From Calditrichaceae bacterium (GTDB lineage Bacteria > Calditrichota > Calditrichia > Calditrichales > JBFXGD01), in contig JBFXLE010000037.1 in the NCBI GenBank assembly GCA_050173015.1, positions 1-26,601 on the forward strand: DNA of 26,601 nt, given 5' to 3'. Positions within the stretch are counted from its first letter, which is position 1; every line of letters starts with the position of its first letter. Shown piece by piece: positions 9,908 to 19,142 of this stretch. Under the pieces are notes generated by a model, which searched no databases, was not told where the DNA came from, and saw only the letters and a list, made by a program, of their open reading frames with translations. Made by a program: the position numbers and the translations under genes.

Positions 9908-9981
9908 TTTTCCTCCTGAATCGGATTAAATAAAGAGAATACCCGGATCAACGTCTCAACTGAGCATAACTGATTCACATT

Positions 9982-10350
9982 TTAATTCCCTAACCAGAGC
10001 AAACCCGCGCCAAAAGTAAGCGCAAAGATTCCAAACACCCGAAACAGCGAATCCGGTTTATTTAGAATGAAGGTCACCATCCGCTCAACTTTTTCTACTC
10101 CAAGGACGGGAATGAGCAAACCGGCGAGGACAATGAATATCCCAAGTCCGGTAGTAAATTCAGGGATACGCGTCTCATCGGCTTCGATAATAAACAATAT
10201 TCCAATAACCAATCTGAATAGAGTCGCGGCAATTAACCATTTTTTTGTGATAAATATGTGAAAAAGTTTCCGAAATCTTGAAGGAGATATCAGAATCAAT
10301 ATCCCACCCGCGGAGATAAGGCATCCCACAATTACTAATGAAACGGCCAT
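9982..10350 (-). CDS. Hypothetical integral membrane protein, about 4 TM helices; ATG 10350 preferred over the ORF-track start at 10398
   Basis: Four hydrophobic segments; GGAG SD before MAVSLVIVG. Confidence 0.7.
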   Translation of the reverse strand: MAVSLVIVGCLISAGGILILISPSRFRKLFHIFITKKWLIAATLFRLVIGILFIIEADETRIPEFTTGLGIFIVLAGLLIPVLGVEKVERMVTFILNKPDSLFRVFGIFALTFGAGLLWLGN

Positions 10351-10455
10351 AATTGCTCCAATTCTACCGGTTTGACTTAATATAACAAATACAGACAATC
10401 ATGAGTATCTGAAAAAAAATGCACCATTAATCGCTGTCCCCCGTGACAAATGGAG

Positions 10456-10665
10456 CTATTTACTTTCTTTTTTTATTGTTTTCAGACCAAACGGCAAATA
10501 TAACGGACAGAATGACACCAGGCTGGTAAGTAAAAAAATGAGCGCGAACGCGCCCAGCACCATGGCGAGTACACCGGAAATGGCTCCTGTATAATAAAGA
10601 ATCGCGACCAATACCGCCAACAAAGTTCTGATGATACAATCAATCATCCCCATATTTTTTTTCAT
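10456..10665 (-). CDS. DUF2892 (YgaP-like) small membrane protein
   Basis: MKKNMGxxDxIIR...LLTSLVSFCPLYLPFGLKT; SD AAGGAG. Confidence 0.9.
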   Translation of the reverse strand: MKKNMGMIDCIIRTLLAVLVAILYYTGAISGVLAMVLGAFALIFLLTSLVSFCPLYLPFGLKTIKKESK

Positions 10666-10779
10666 GAGTTCACTCCTTCTGCTTGAAATGGTTACATCAC
10701 CAGCGACTATCTAAATTTAGATTCCGGCGACTCAGCTGTTCATGCCATCTGATGAATGTATTGTTCAATTATAAAGCTA

Positions 10780-11388
10780 TTACATTGGTTGCCTGACGAT
10801 TGTTTTCCATTTTTCCGGAACAGATCGTCTTATGTCGCTTAAATATATTTCGTGATGCTTACCCCTTCTCTGTCTACCTACATTTTCAATAAACAAATGT
10901 ACCATTTCAATCGTAGGACCTTCTTCTGAGAACGGGCCAAAATGCATTATTTGCGCTGCCTCGCCTTCATGAAAAGAATCAAATCTGACTAATGGAAGTG
11001 AAACAGGATTTTTCTTGCTTTTCACTTCACTTGTAGCGATTTCAACCATCTTATGTGTTATAAATTCCGGCTGCATAATCATTACTGTCCATTTCCAGGC
11101 ATCCCTGTTACCCGAAACGAATACGGACATATCATCAGCCCACCAAAGAGCTTCGAGCGGCAGAACTCCGTAATCGATATCCATGTCGCTATTCTTGACC
11201 ATAAATTTCAATGTATAGGCAAGTGGAAAGAGGGCTTCAATCGCATCAGAGAATGATTTCGATGTATTTGGGTCTCCTGCCCCATCAACCATTAAAAAGT
11301 GCATCTCGGGTACATCGATAATTTCCACTTTCTTTGCAGATGGCCTGTACAAATGTTTAAGCTTCTTTTTGAAGTCTATCTTTTCCAT
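10780..11388 (-). CDS. GyrI-like small-molecule-binding domain protein; start likely MEKIDFKK at 11388
   Basis: KIDFKKKLKHLYRP, FLMVDGAGDPN, PLEALWW, WKWTVMIMQP, HFGPFSEE, HHEIYLSD, WKTIVRQP. Confidence 0.88.
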   Translation of the reverse strand: MEKIDFKKKLKHLYRPSAKKVEIIDVPEMHFLMVDGAGDPNTSKSFSDAIEALFPLAYTLKFMVKNSDMDIDYGVLPLEALWWADDMSVFVSGNRDAWKWTVMIMQPEFITHKMVEIATSEVKSKKNPVSLPLVRFDSFHEGEAAQIMHFGPFSEEGPTIEMVHLFIENVGRQRRGKHHEIYLSDIRRSVPEKWKTIVRQPM

Positions 11389-11430
11389 AGATTTTCCCCG
11401 TTTGCAACCGAACAATTTTAATCTACATTG

Positions 11431-11865
11431 TCAGACTCGGTATGTATCCGGCTTCCAGTTTTTGACCGCCTTTTTGATATCTTCTTCACTTAAATTTTCT
11501 TTAATAGCGCGTTCGATAAGAGGCTGAAATTCCGCGTCTGAAGCAAATCTCAGTCCGATAACTTGTCTGATTGTCACTCTTGGATCCATCAGTTTTCCGG
11601 TCATCACAAAATGACGGAGGTTCTCTTCAGCGCGGATCGCCCTGTCCTGAGCTTTTAACGCGAATGTTCTCATATAAACGAAAATAATGATCAGCGCTAT
11701 ATTAATGGCTAAAATCAATGAAGCGCTGTAAAATCCCGCCGAACTCCAATCGGTTTTATAGAGATTGATGATCGAACCGATTGTTGTAGCAAGAATTAAG
11801 AAGGATAAAAAATAGTGATAAAGCGGTACAAACCTGCGATGATTGGAATAATTTTGCTGACTCAT
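11431..11865 (-). CDS. Conserved membrane protein, DUF6526-like
   Basis: QNYSNHRRFVPLYH, two TM helices, QDRAIRAEENLRHF, IGLRFASD, IKKAVKNWKPDTYRV. Confidence 0.8.
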   Translation of the reverse strand: MSQQNYSNHRRFVPLYHYFLSFLILATTIGSIINLYKTDWSSAGFYSASLILAINIALIIIFVYMRTFALKAQDRAIRAEENLRHFVMTGKLMDPRVTIRQVIGLRFASDAEFQPLIERAIKENLSEEDIKKAVKNWKPDTYRV

Positions 11866-12042
11866 TTGCCCTCCGATTCTGATGATGAAAATATTAATCT
11901 ACTGACATCCTCTGCCGCGCGGAATATCATACACTCAATTAGCCGAACTACCGGCTGCAATATAATATTTCGGTATCCGTTTCAAAAAATTTACCGAGAG
12001 ATTATCCATTCCAATATCCAATGAAAATATTTAAATGACAAA

Positions 12043-12303
12043 TTATTTTCCGCTTAGTCTGTCGGAGAAAACATTATAGATCCAGGCAAATATGGCACCC
12101 AGAATTGCTCCATCGGCCAGGCCCCATAATAATCCGAAAAGACTTCCGGAAATACTGATATTGTAACCGAGGTAAATTCTGCCGATTAACGTCACTTCTC
12201 CTGTCGCGCCTTCAAATAATATTATCCACCATGTGATGAAAAGAAGAGTAAATCCCCATAACAATGCACAGGTTAATGCGAAAGCTTTTACGTTTAATTT
12301 CAT
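12043..12303 (-). CDS. Small 2-TM membrane protein of a family often annotated 'bacteriophage holin'
   Basis: MKLNVKAFALTCALLWG...GYNIS..GS..GL.WG..DG...GAIFAWIYN; SD GAGGG. Family label is from recall; function unproven. Confidence 0.7.
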   Translation of the reverse strand: MKLNVKAFALTCALLWGFTLLFITWWIILFEGATGEVTLIGRIYLGYNISISGSLFGLLWGLADGAILGAIFAWIYNVFSDRLSGK

Positions 12304-12483
12304 ATTCCCTCTAAATAGTCATTTTTTTTGAGGAGAGCGCTTAATTTATGTCATCATTTTACACTTACCGGTCCATTTCATTCAGCGACATCAGGCGTAG
12401 CTCCGCCAGGTCAGTTACACATACGGGATTCCGCGTAGGTATTCAACGGTCTCCAAACCTGTCACGCGTAAAGACACACGGTT

Positions 12484-12512
12484 ATTATATTATTGCAAAA
12501 CGACACATTCAA
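12484..12512 (-). promoter_or_regulatory. Sigma70-type promoter for the small-gene run starting at 12303
   Basis: TTGAAT (12512-12507), 17 bp, TATAAT (12489-12484). Confidence 0.65.
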
Positions 12513-12816
12513 TGATTTGTGGAAAGAATCTCCGACCCGGTATACTTTTTAATGATCGGTGGAAACAAAGTATATTTGGGCGGATGTGAAGGTCATATAA
12601 GCCCGGTTGCATGACATGCATAACCGCTATTCCGGTCTTCATCGAATTATTACAATCTGCCCTCTGGAAATAAATACTTTATCCCCTTAAAATAAACTGA
12701 CTCCGGATTCTATATTAAATAAAAACCGTTCACTGTTTTTTTGATAATGAGGATGGTGATCGCGGATTTCCCCCCGCAAAACCGAAAGTAACTGATCGTG
12801 TGGTTATGCACAAGAT

Positions 12817-13389
12817 TTAATTCAAAAAATTCTGAAACAACTCATGTCCATACTCTGTAAGAATGGCTTCCGGATGAAACTGTACCCCTTGGAGCGGGTA
12901 GGTTTTATGTTTTATGGCCATTATTTCATCCATTTTACCATCAGCGCCGCTTGTCCATGCCGTTACTTCAAAATGTTCCGGTAAATTGTTTTCGACAATA
13001 AGAGAATGGTAGCGCGTCGCCCGGAATCTCCGCGGAATATTTCTGAATATGCCTGTTTCATTATGATAAATTTCAGAAACTTTTCCGTGCATTACTTTTC
13101 CGGCGTACCCGATTTTCGCGCCAAAAACCGAGGCGATGACTTCGTGCCCCATACAAATACCGAGAATCGGAACCGAGCCGCAAAAATCCCGGACAACTGC
13201 CCCCGAGACTCCGGTATTTTCTGGTTTTCCGGGTCCCGGTGAGAGGATAATATGAGAAACAGGCAGATCCTTTAGGCGGTCTGTTGTTATTTTATCGTTT
13301 TTAAAAACGGTGGGACTGATTCCAATTTCATACAAATATTGAACAATATTATATGTAAATGAATCATAATTATCTATAATACAGACCAT
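12817..13389 (-). CDS. pabA: Aminodeoxychorismate/anthranilate synthase component II (class I glutamine amidotransferase)
   Basis: IDNYDSFTYN, ILSPGPG, LGICMGHE (Cys), TRYHSL, GVQFHPE (His-Glu); adjacent to pabB. Confidence 0.92.
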   Translation of the reverse strand: MVCIIDNYDSFTYNIVQYLYEIGISPTVFKNDKITTDRLKDLPVSHIILSPGPGKPENTGVSGAVVRDFCGSVPILGICMGHEVIASVFGAKIGYAGKVMHGKVSEIYHNETGIFRNIPRRFRATRYHSLIVENNLPEHFEVTAWTSGADGKMDEIMAIKHKTYPLQGVQFHPEAILTEYGHELFQNFLN

Positions 13390-13418
13390 CAGCCATTCCT
13401 AACCGGGTTATCATAAAT

Positions 13419-15311
13419 TTATTCATAATATTCAGTCTTTAGCTCAACCTGAACCATGCCCCGCACGGAATTACAGACAAAAATTCTATCCGCGGCAATA
13501 AGATCATCCAGATCAAGCGGGCGCTCCAGCACATCACGGGATTTATCGGTTAAAATTTGATTGCGAAAGACGCCGTTTAACGCGCCTTCACCTGGTGGCG
13601 GAGTCAGCCATTTATTATTTGTTTCGATGAAAATATTATGCCGGCTGGCTTCGGCTACTCTATCCCATTCATTTAAAAAGATGATATCATAGGCGCCCTT
13701 AGCCCCGGCAATTTTATACAAGCGGTCATACATTTCCCTTTTTGTGGTTTTGTGCCGCTGAAATATATTTTTTGATGATATCTTTTCCTTGCTGATCACA
13801 ATAAATTTTTTATCTCTGTTTTCATTTGTGAGCAGCGGCGCCGCATCCGATTCTATTTTTCCGTTTTGACCTAGCAGTATTCTTATCTTATGATCTGTAG
13901 ATGGCAATTTTTGTTTTAATTCTTCCAGATTATCCAGAAGGGCTTTCTGATTGAACTGAAATTCAAATGTTCTGGCCGAATTCGAAAGTCGTTCCAAATG
14001 CGCTTCTAATCGGCAATATTGCCTGGCCTTGCCATCATATCGGAACGTTTCAATCAGTTCAAAATTTGAGTTAATCCCTGTTAGAAATTTACCCTTCAAA
14101 AGACATTCCTGATATTCCGCTTCCGGATCCGATTCATAGATAATTCCGCTGCCTATGCCCATTTCGCCCTGACCGTCTTTCAGAACAAGCGTCCGGATAG
14201 CGACATTGAAGCAAAAATCTCCATTGGGCAGGATATGGCCGATGGCTCCGGTGTATATTCCCCGGGGCTCCTTTTCCAGTTCTTCTATGATTTCCATCGT
14301 GCGTATTTTTGGCGCCCCTGTGATAGATCCGGCCGGATAAAGCCCTTTCATGATGGATTTCATATCCGGGTCACGGCTAATTTCACCGGAAACCGTGGAG
14401 ATCATTTGATGGACGGTTTGATAGGATTCCACTTCAAACAGGTTCGAAACCCTTACCGTACCCGGATCGGCAATCCGCCCGATATCATTACGGATCAGAT
14501 CGACAATCATCACATTCTCCGCTCGATTTTTGGGATCATTCTCCAGCCAGGATTTAATTTTGTGGTCTTCGATTTCATTTATTCCGCGTCTGGCTGTGCC
14601 TTTCATCGGTTTTGACTCGATATGAATCCCATTTTTACGGAGGAATAATTCAGGCGAATAGGATAGCACATCAAGTTCGGGGAAACGCAAAAAAGCGCCG
14701 TATGGTACACGCTGACTGTTTCTCAATTTTTGATACAGACAAGGAACAGGACCATCAACTCGAAATTTATATTTCATCGTAAAATTAACCTGATAAGTGT
14801 CCCCTTCCCGGATATGACGGATGATCTTTTTAACTTTGCCTATATACTCTTCTTTGCTTTCGGTGAGAGAAAATTCATAAATATTTGAGTCCGTACCGGA
14901 ATCAGGACGCAGCCGGCTCAGCCATAATTCAACATCATGGCTTTCCATTTTTTTCGCTTTTCGGAAAGCTATAAAATTGATCAGAGGGTGTGCTTTTGAT
15001 GGTCTGAATCCAAAATTATTTTTATCTACCAGAAAATAACCCGCTTCATAGGAAAGATACCCGCAGAGAAAGAATCCATCCCTTCGGAGCCTGTCGATTT
15101 CGTCCAAAGCGAAATCCAGCTCATCCGGCTCATGGGCTAAAATCTGAAGTTCAGGTTCCGTGAAGAGCCAGCCATGTCCGGAGTTCATATGATTCCTGGC
15201 ATCATCCAGCAATGCAAAAACTTGTTTACCGTCTGAGGAAGAAATTTGCCGTTTAATATCTATCATCGAATTTATCATATTTTTGTTAACGCCGAATAAA
15301 ATATGACACAA
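13419..15311 (-). CDS. pabB: Fused aminodeoxychorismate synthase component I plus ADC lyase (class IV aminotransferase fold), PabBC; true start may be 15278 or 15266
   Basis: GYLSYEAG, GDTYQVN, SPELFL, PMKGT, AENVMIVDLIRND, GSITGAPK, FNVAIRT; C-terminal LIETFR, HLERL, RHKTT (PLP Lys), GALNGVFR, CNSVRG. Confidence 0.92.
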   Translation of the reverse strand: MCHILFGVNKNMINSMIDIKRQISSSDGKQVFALLDDARNHMNSGHGWLFTEPELQILAHEPDELDFALDEIDRLRRDGFFLCGYLSYEAGYFLVDKNNFGFRPSKAHPLINFIAFRKAKKMESHDVELWLSRLRPDSGTDSNIYEFSLTESKEEYIGKVKKIIRHIREGDTYQVNFTMKYKFRVDGPVPCLYQKLRNSQRVPYGAFLRFPELDVLSYSPELFLRKNGIHIESKPMKGTARRGINEIEDHKIKSWLENDPKNRAENVMIVDLIRNDIGRIADPGTVRVSNLFEVESYQTVHQMISTVSGEISRDPDMKSIMKGLYPAGSITGAPKIRTMEIIEELEKEPRGIYTGAIGHILPNGDFCFNVAIRTLVLKDGQGEMGIGSGIIYESDPEAEYQECLLKGKFLTGINSNFELIETFRYDGKARQYCRLEAHLERLSNSARTFEFQFNQKALLDNLEELKQKLPSTDHKIRILLGQNGKIESDAAPLLTNENRDKKFIVISKEKISSKNIFQRHKTTKREMYDRLYKIAGAKGAYDIIFLNEWDRVAEASRHNIFIETNNKWLTPPPGEGALNGVFRNQILTDKSRDVLERPLDLDDLIAADRIFVCNSVRGMVQVELKTEYYE

Positions 15312-15502
15312 ATATAATCGATCCTGACATAATTTCTAAAAATATCTGTCACGCGACGGACAATTTATTGTGATGGGGTTCCTGCTAATCAATCCTTACC
15401 GGATTTTTTATGATTTTTTATTCGACTCAGACGGCAGGAATTCTTTATATTGGACACTTAATTTTAAACATAAAGAATGAACTTTTTCAGGGATGAAACC
15501 TG

Positions 15503-15919
15503 ATGCCCAAAATTGATTTTGAAGTCCGGTTTGAATGCCAGGCCGATTGCTCGAACTGTTGCACCCTTTCTGACGGTTTTGTCTATCTGACGGAAGATGA
15601 AGCGCAGCAGATATCTGAATATCTGGATGTCTCCGAAACGATGTTTTTGGAATGGTTTACACGGTTAATCGATGAACAGCTTTGTCTTGTGGACGGTGAA
15701 AATGAAGCCTGTGTATTTCTGGATGAGGGTAAATGCAACATCTATCCTGTTCGTCCTGAGCAATGCCGGACCTATCCATTCTGGCCGGAAAATTTAAAAT
15801 CCCGTCTCCGGTGGAAACATACCGCCGGGGATTGTCCGGGGATCGGAAAAGGAAAAGTGTATACAGGGAAAGACATAACAAACATTCTTAAAGGTGACGG
15901 TATTGATTCGGTAAAATAG
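15503..15919 (+). CDS. YkgJ family (CxxCxxCC) Zn/Fe-chelating cysteine-cluster protein
   Basis: FECQADCSNCC, CVFL, CNIYPVRPEQCRTYPFW, CPGIG. Confidence 0.9.
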   Translation: MPKIDFEVRFECQADCSNCCTLSDGFVYLTEDEAQQISEYLDVSETMFLEWFTRLIDEQLCLVDGENEACVFLDEGKCNIYPVRPEQCRTYPFWPENLKSRLRWKHTAGDCPGIGKGKVYTGKDITNILKGDGIDSVK

Positions 15920-15937
15920 AATTGAAAGGAATATTTT

Positions 15938-16765
15938 ATGCGACGATTTATCAATAATTTGATTCCAGTTTCCATTTTTAGCGTTTTTCTGCTTCTCTCA
16001 TGCAGTCCAAAGAATATTCGTCCAACCGATGTCTCCCTTAACGGAGTTCTGTGGATGCAGCACGCTGCCGAATACAAGGGCATGACCTATCAGGCTTATA
16101 ACACCGCCGCGGAAATGCTGAATATTTCTCTCGCTGACTCCAACTGGACGGCCGCGCTTGGGCAGCGTGAAAATTTCCGGTCTCTTCCCCCGGCCATAAT
16201 ACTTGATATTGACGAAACCATTCTGGATAACACACCTTATGAATCAGAACTTATCCGCACCGGAACATCCTATAACCGCGAAAGCTGGGACCGCTGGTGT
16301 ATGGAAGCCCGCGCGGAAGCGATCCCCGGAGCGGCAGAATTTTGTAATCTGGCGAATGAGAAGGGAGTCAGGGTTTTTTATGTGACGAATCGTCGTGATC
16401 ATCTTAAAGAAGTTACACGAGAAAATTTACAGCGCGCGGGGTTTCCGCTTGACGAAAATATAGAAACCATTTTTACCCGGTCAGAAGAAAGCAATAAAGA
16501 GTCACGCCGTATGCAGATTGCCCGTGATTACAGAATACTATTACTGATCGGCGATAACGCGGGAGATTTCGCATCGGACTTTACCGGCGGCTCGACAAAC
16601 AATCGCGCGGATTTTGCGAATCGCTACCGAAGTTATTTTGGTACCAAATGGATTGTAATGCCGAATCCTGTTTACGGCGACTGGGAAGGGGCGTTATTTG
16701 ACTATAATTATAAACTCGGCCAGGAGGATATCCTCGAAAAGAAATATCAACAGCTAAAAAAGTAA
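15938..16765 (+). CDS. HAD-family acid phosphatase / 5'-nucleotidase lipoprotein, e(P4)-like
   Basis: Lipobox LLS-C; DIDETILDN, FYVTNR, KESRR, IGDNAGDF, PNPVYGDWE. Confidence 0.92.
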   Translation: MRRFINNLIPVSIFSVFLLLSCSPKNIRPTDVSLNGVLWMQHAAEYKGMTYQAYNTAAEMLNISLADSNWTAALGQRENFRSLPPAIILDIDETILDNTPYESELIRTGTSYNRESWDRWCMEARAEAIPGAAEFCNLANEKGVRVFYVTNRRDHLKEVTRENLQRAGFPLDENIETIFTRSEESNKESRRMQIARDYRILLLIGDNAGDFASDFTGGSTNNRADFANRYRSYFGTKWIVMPNPVYGDWEGALFDYNYKLGQEDILEKKYQQLKK

Positions 16766-16814
16766 ATGACTTGAACTGCATCTGCATGAATAAATTAGAT
16801 TTCAATCGGAATAC

Positions 16815-17198
16815 TTATACCGCGGAATTTGATTTTCCGTCATTTGTTAAATCCGAAATATGTTTCAGCATGACTTTTTTGAACAGGTGGTGACGTTCGA
16901 ACAAACGAATCACCTGTTCAGGATTTTTTTTTGTAAAACCCTGCAGATCTTCAATGAATTCGGAGATAAAACGATTCATTAAAAACAGCTGTCTTTCTAA
17001 AATATATTGTGGGTGCTTGCGGTCAATTTGTCTCAGTTTTAATTCTGTCTGATTGATATATTTCAGTAATTGATCGTATATCAGATTTAATTTGAACAAT
17101 GCGACGTCCGTATCAAGGGAGAGCATTACTTTCTGCGCTTCTGCGAAGGATGACAGAAGCTGCCGGCATTTTTCTGCATGTAATTCAGTATCAATCAT
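16815..17198 (-). CDS. Hypothetical helical protein, probable degenerate paralogue of the upstream hemerythrin-like protein
   Basis: ATG lies 1 nt after the upstream stop. Pattern similarity F.E.Q......AL.K....Y......I...E and V.RLF......K....H. Confidence 0.6.
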   Translation of the reverse strand: MIDTELHAEKCRQLLSSFAEAQKVMLSLDTDVALFKLNLIYDQLLKYINQTELKLRQIDRKHPQYILERQLFLMNRFISEFIEDLQGFTKKNPEQVIRLFERHHLFKKVMLKHISDLTNDGKSNSAV

Positions 17199-17199
17199 T

Positions 17200-17721
17200 C
17201 TATATGTCCCATTTTTTCAACAGGGTATTTTGTCTCTTCGTTATAATTTTTAGCAATCGACCGCGTTCTTCAGCAACCACATGCTCATCAAGCGCCGGAA
17301 ACAGAAACCCTCTCTCCCGGGCATCGTGGTGATCAAAAAGATCTTTAAGGTCATAATACTCATCAAACAGACGGACCAGATCTAGATTAAGCGCTTCCGG
17401 ATTCAGCGCCTTCTTTCCCAGAAGTCGCAAATATTTTAAAAGATTTTTTCTGATTAGTTTATGCTCCCGGATAAAAAATTGAACCGCGCCGCCTTCGGGG
17501 ATCTTTTTTAATATTGACTCATATAGCGGTATTAATAATTCCTCCTCGTCAGATATATTCTGATTCCTGAACTCATAGAATTTCTCGAATTTTCCAAGGG
17601 CCGCTTCCCACTCATTCTTCATAAGGTGTATCTGATGCTCGAGAAAAAGCCTGTCGGTGTAACGATGTAAAAAGTCAATTTCTTTGAATGTTTCGTATGA
17701 TTCGGGTAATGTTGGTTTCAA
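17200..17721 (-). CDS. Hemerythrin/HHE-like domain protein (TTG start)
   Basis: LH..., DEEELLIPLY, REHKLI, HHDARERGFLFPALD; SD AGGTGAG. Confidence 0.75.
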   Translation of the reverse strand: MKPTLPESYETFKEIDFLHRYTDRLFLEHQIHLMKNEWEAALGKFEKFYEFRNQNISDEEELLIPLYESILKKIPEGGAVQFFIREHKLIRKNLLKYLRLLGKKALNPEALNLDLVRLFDEYYDLKDLFDHHDARERGFLFPALDEHVVAEERGRLLKIITKRQNTLLKKWDI

Positions 17722-17782
17722 ATCCGCTCACCTATGAATAAATTGAACTGTTTCAATATATATTCTTATTAAACAGAATTTA

Positions 17783-17812
17783 TTGACAAAATTATTTAAA
17801 AAAAGTTAAATT
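17783..17812 (+). promoter_or_regulatory. Sigma70-type promoter directly before the radical SAM start codon
   Basis: TTGACA 17783-17788; TTAAAT or TAAATT at 17 or 18 bp spacing; ATG at 17818. Confidence 0.55.
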
Positions 17813-17817
17813 ATTCA

Positions 17818-18798
17818 ATGGAACCATCCTATTTAAAATTATACAGAACGGGCGAGCTTGAAAAACGGCTCATTATCCTGGAGAAAATGCTTGAATCCTG
17901 TTCCGTGTGTCCGCGAGACTGCGGGACGAACCGATTCAACCATGAACAGGGATTCTGCCTGGCCGAGTATGACCCGCTGGTTTCATCCGTCTGTGACCAC
18001 CATGGGGAGGAACCTGTATTATCAGGTGTTAACGGTTCCGGAACCGTGTTTTTTGGCAGCTGTAATCTGCGCTGTGTCTATTGTCAGAATCATCAGATCA
18101 GCCAAAACCGATCCTATTTTTCAGGACTTTCAGTAAAAACAAGTCAACTGGCAAAAAACATAGTTGCCCTTCAGAATGATAAAGGGGTCCACAATATCAA
18201 TTTTGTATCTCCTTCACATTTTGTACCCCAAATGGTCCGCGCTATTTATGAAGCCATTCCCCTGGGATTACGTGTTCCGATCGTCTATAATACCAACGCT
18301 TATGACTCGCTCACTGTCATCAAACTGCTGGACGGAATTGTTGATATTTATCTCCCGGATCTAAAATATGATGAGGACGCGCCCGCTGAGAAATATTCCC
18401 GTGGATTGAATTATGCCCATTACGCTCGAGCCGCGATAAAAGAAATGTACCGTCAGGTTGGGAACCTTAAAGTGGATAAAAAAGGAATCGCCCAACGCGG
18501 ACTTATCGTCAGACATCTGATTCTGCCCAATGATATCTCGGGTACAAAAAATGTACTCACATGGCTGGCAAAAGAAATATCCGGTGATGTAACAATAAGT
18601 CTCATGTCACAATATCATCCCATGCATAAATCATCTAAATATAATCTTCTCTCCAGGCAGATCAGCTATAATGAATATCTCAGCGCAGTCGCTGTGCTGG
18701 AAAAATTGAATATGTATAATAGTTATATCCAGGAAATGGATGCCCCGGAACACTATCTGCCGGACTTTAGCAATGATGGCCATCCCTTCGAACGATAA
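17818..18798 (+). CDS. pflX: PflX-like radical SAM protein (uncharacterised PFL-activating-enzyme-like family)
   Basis: CSVCPRDCGTNR, HHGEEPVLSG..GSGTVFF, CNLRCVYCQN (CxxxCxxC), HNINFVSPSH, DIYLPDLKY, RGLIVRHLILP, SLMSQYHP. Confidence 0.88.
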   Translation: MEPSYLKLYRTGELEKRLIILEKMLESCSVCPRDCGTNRFNHEQGFCLAEYDPLVSSVCDHHGEEPVLSGVNGSGTVFFGSCNLRCVYCQNHQISQNRSYFSGLSVKTSQLAKNIVALQNDKGVHNINFVSPSHFVPQMVRAIYEAIPLGLRVPIVYNTNAYDSLTVIKLLDGIVDIYLPDLKYDEDAPAEKYSRGLNYAHYARAAIKEMYRQVGNLKVDKKGIAQRGLIVRHLILPNDISGTKNVLTWLAKEISGDVTISLMSQYHPMHKSSKYNLLSRQISYNEYLSAVAVLEKLNMYNSYIQEMDAPEHYLPDFSNDGHPFER

Positions 18799-18867
18799 AC
18801 CTCAGACAAATGACGCAGAGCGTACTACCTCTCTTCGACTTTTATTGATTCATTTTTTTAAAATTTT

Positions 18868-18896
18868 TTGCTTTTACAGAAAAATAATTTTATATT
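18868..18896 (+). promoter_or_regulatory. Candidate sigma70 promoter upstream of norZ
   Basis: TTGCTT, 17 bp, TATATT. The region is AT-rich, so a chance match is possible. Confidence 0.35.
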
Positions 18897-19142
18897 CTAC
18901 TCAAGGGTAGTTATTAAACTTTAAATTTGATTATCTTGTATTGTTTGACGGCCATTATTTCGGTTGAAGGAGTCGGAAAAGAAGAAACATGATCTAAGGC
19001 TATTTTTTTAATCATATATTCTACCAACTGATAGTATATAAATACTTATTTTGGTGAAATATTGAAACATGAAAAATCATTTTAGAAAAAATAATTTCGC
19101 TTTTCAAAACCGGTCCGTCAATAATAATCAAGGAGATATAAA

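Noticed and set aside
12043-12303. Holin as evidence of a prophage
   Set aside because: No endolysin, integrase or structural phage genes nearby.
12360-12480. ZTP, THF or c-di-AMP riboswitch
   Set aside because: Only short fragments match (CGTGAC, CGCTGAA), the other conserved elements are missing, and the region lies downstream of the pab genes.
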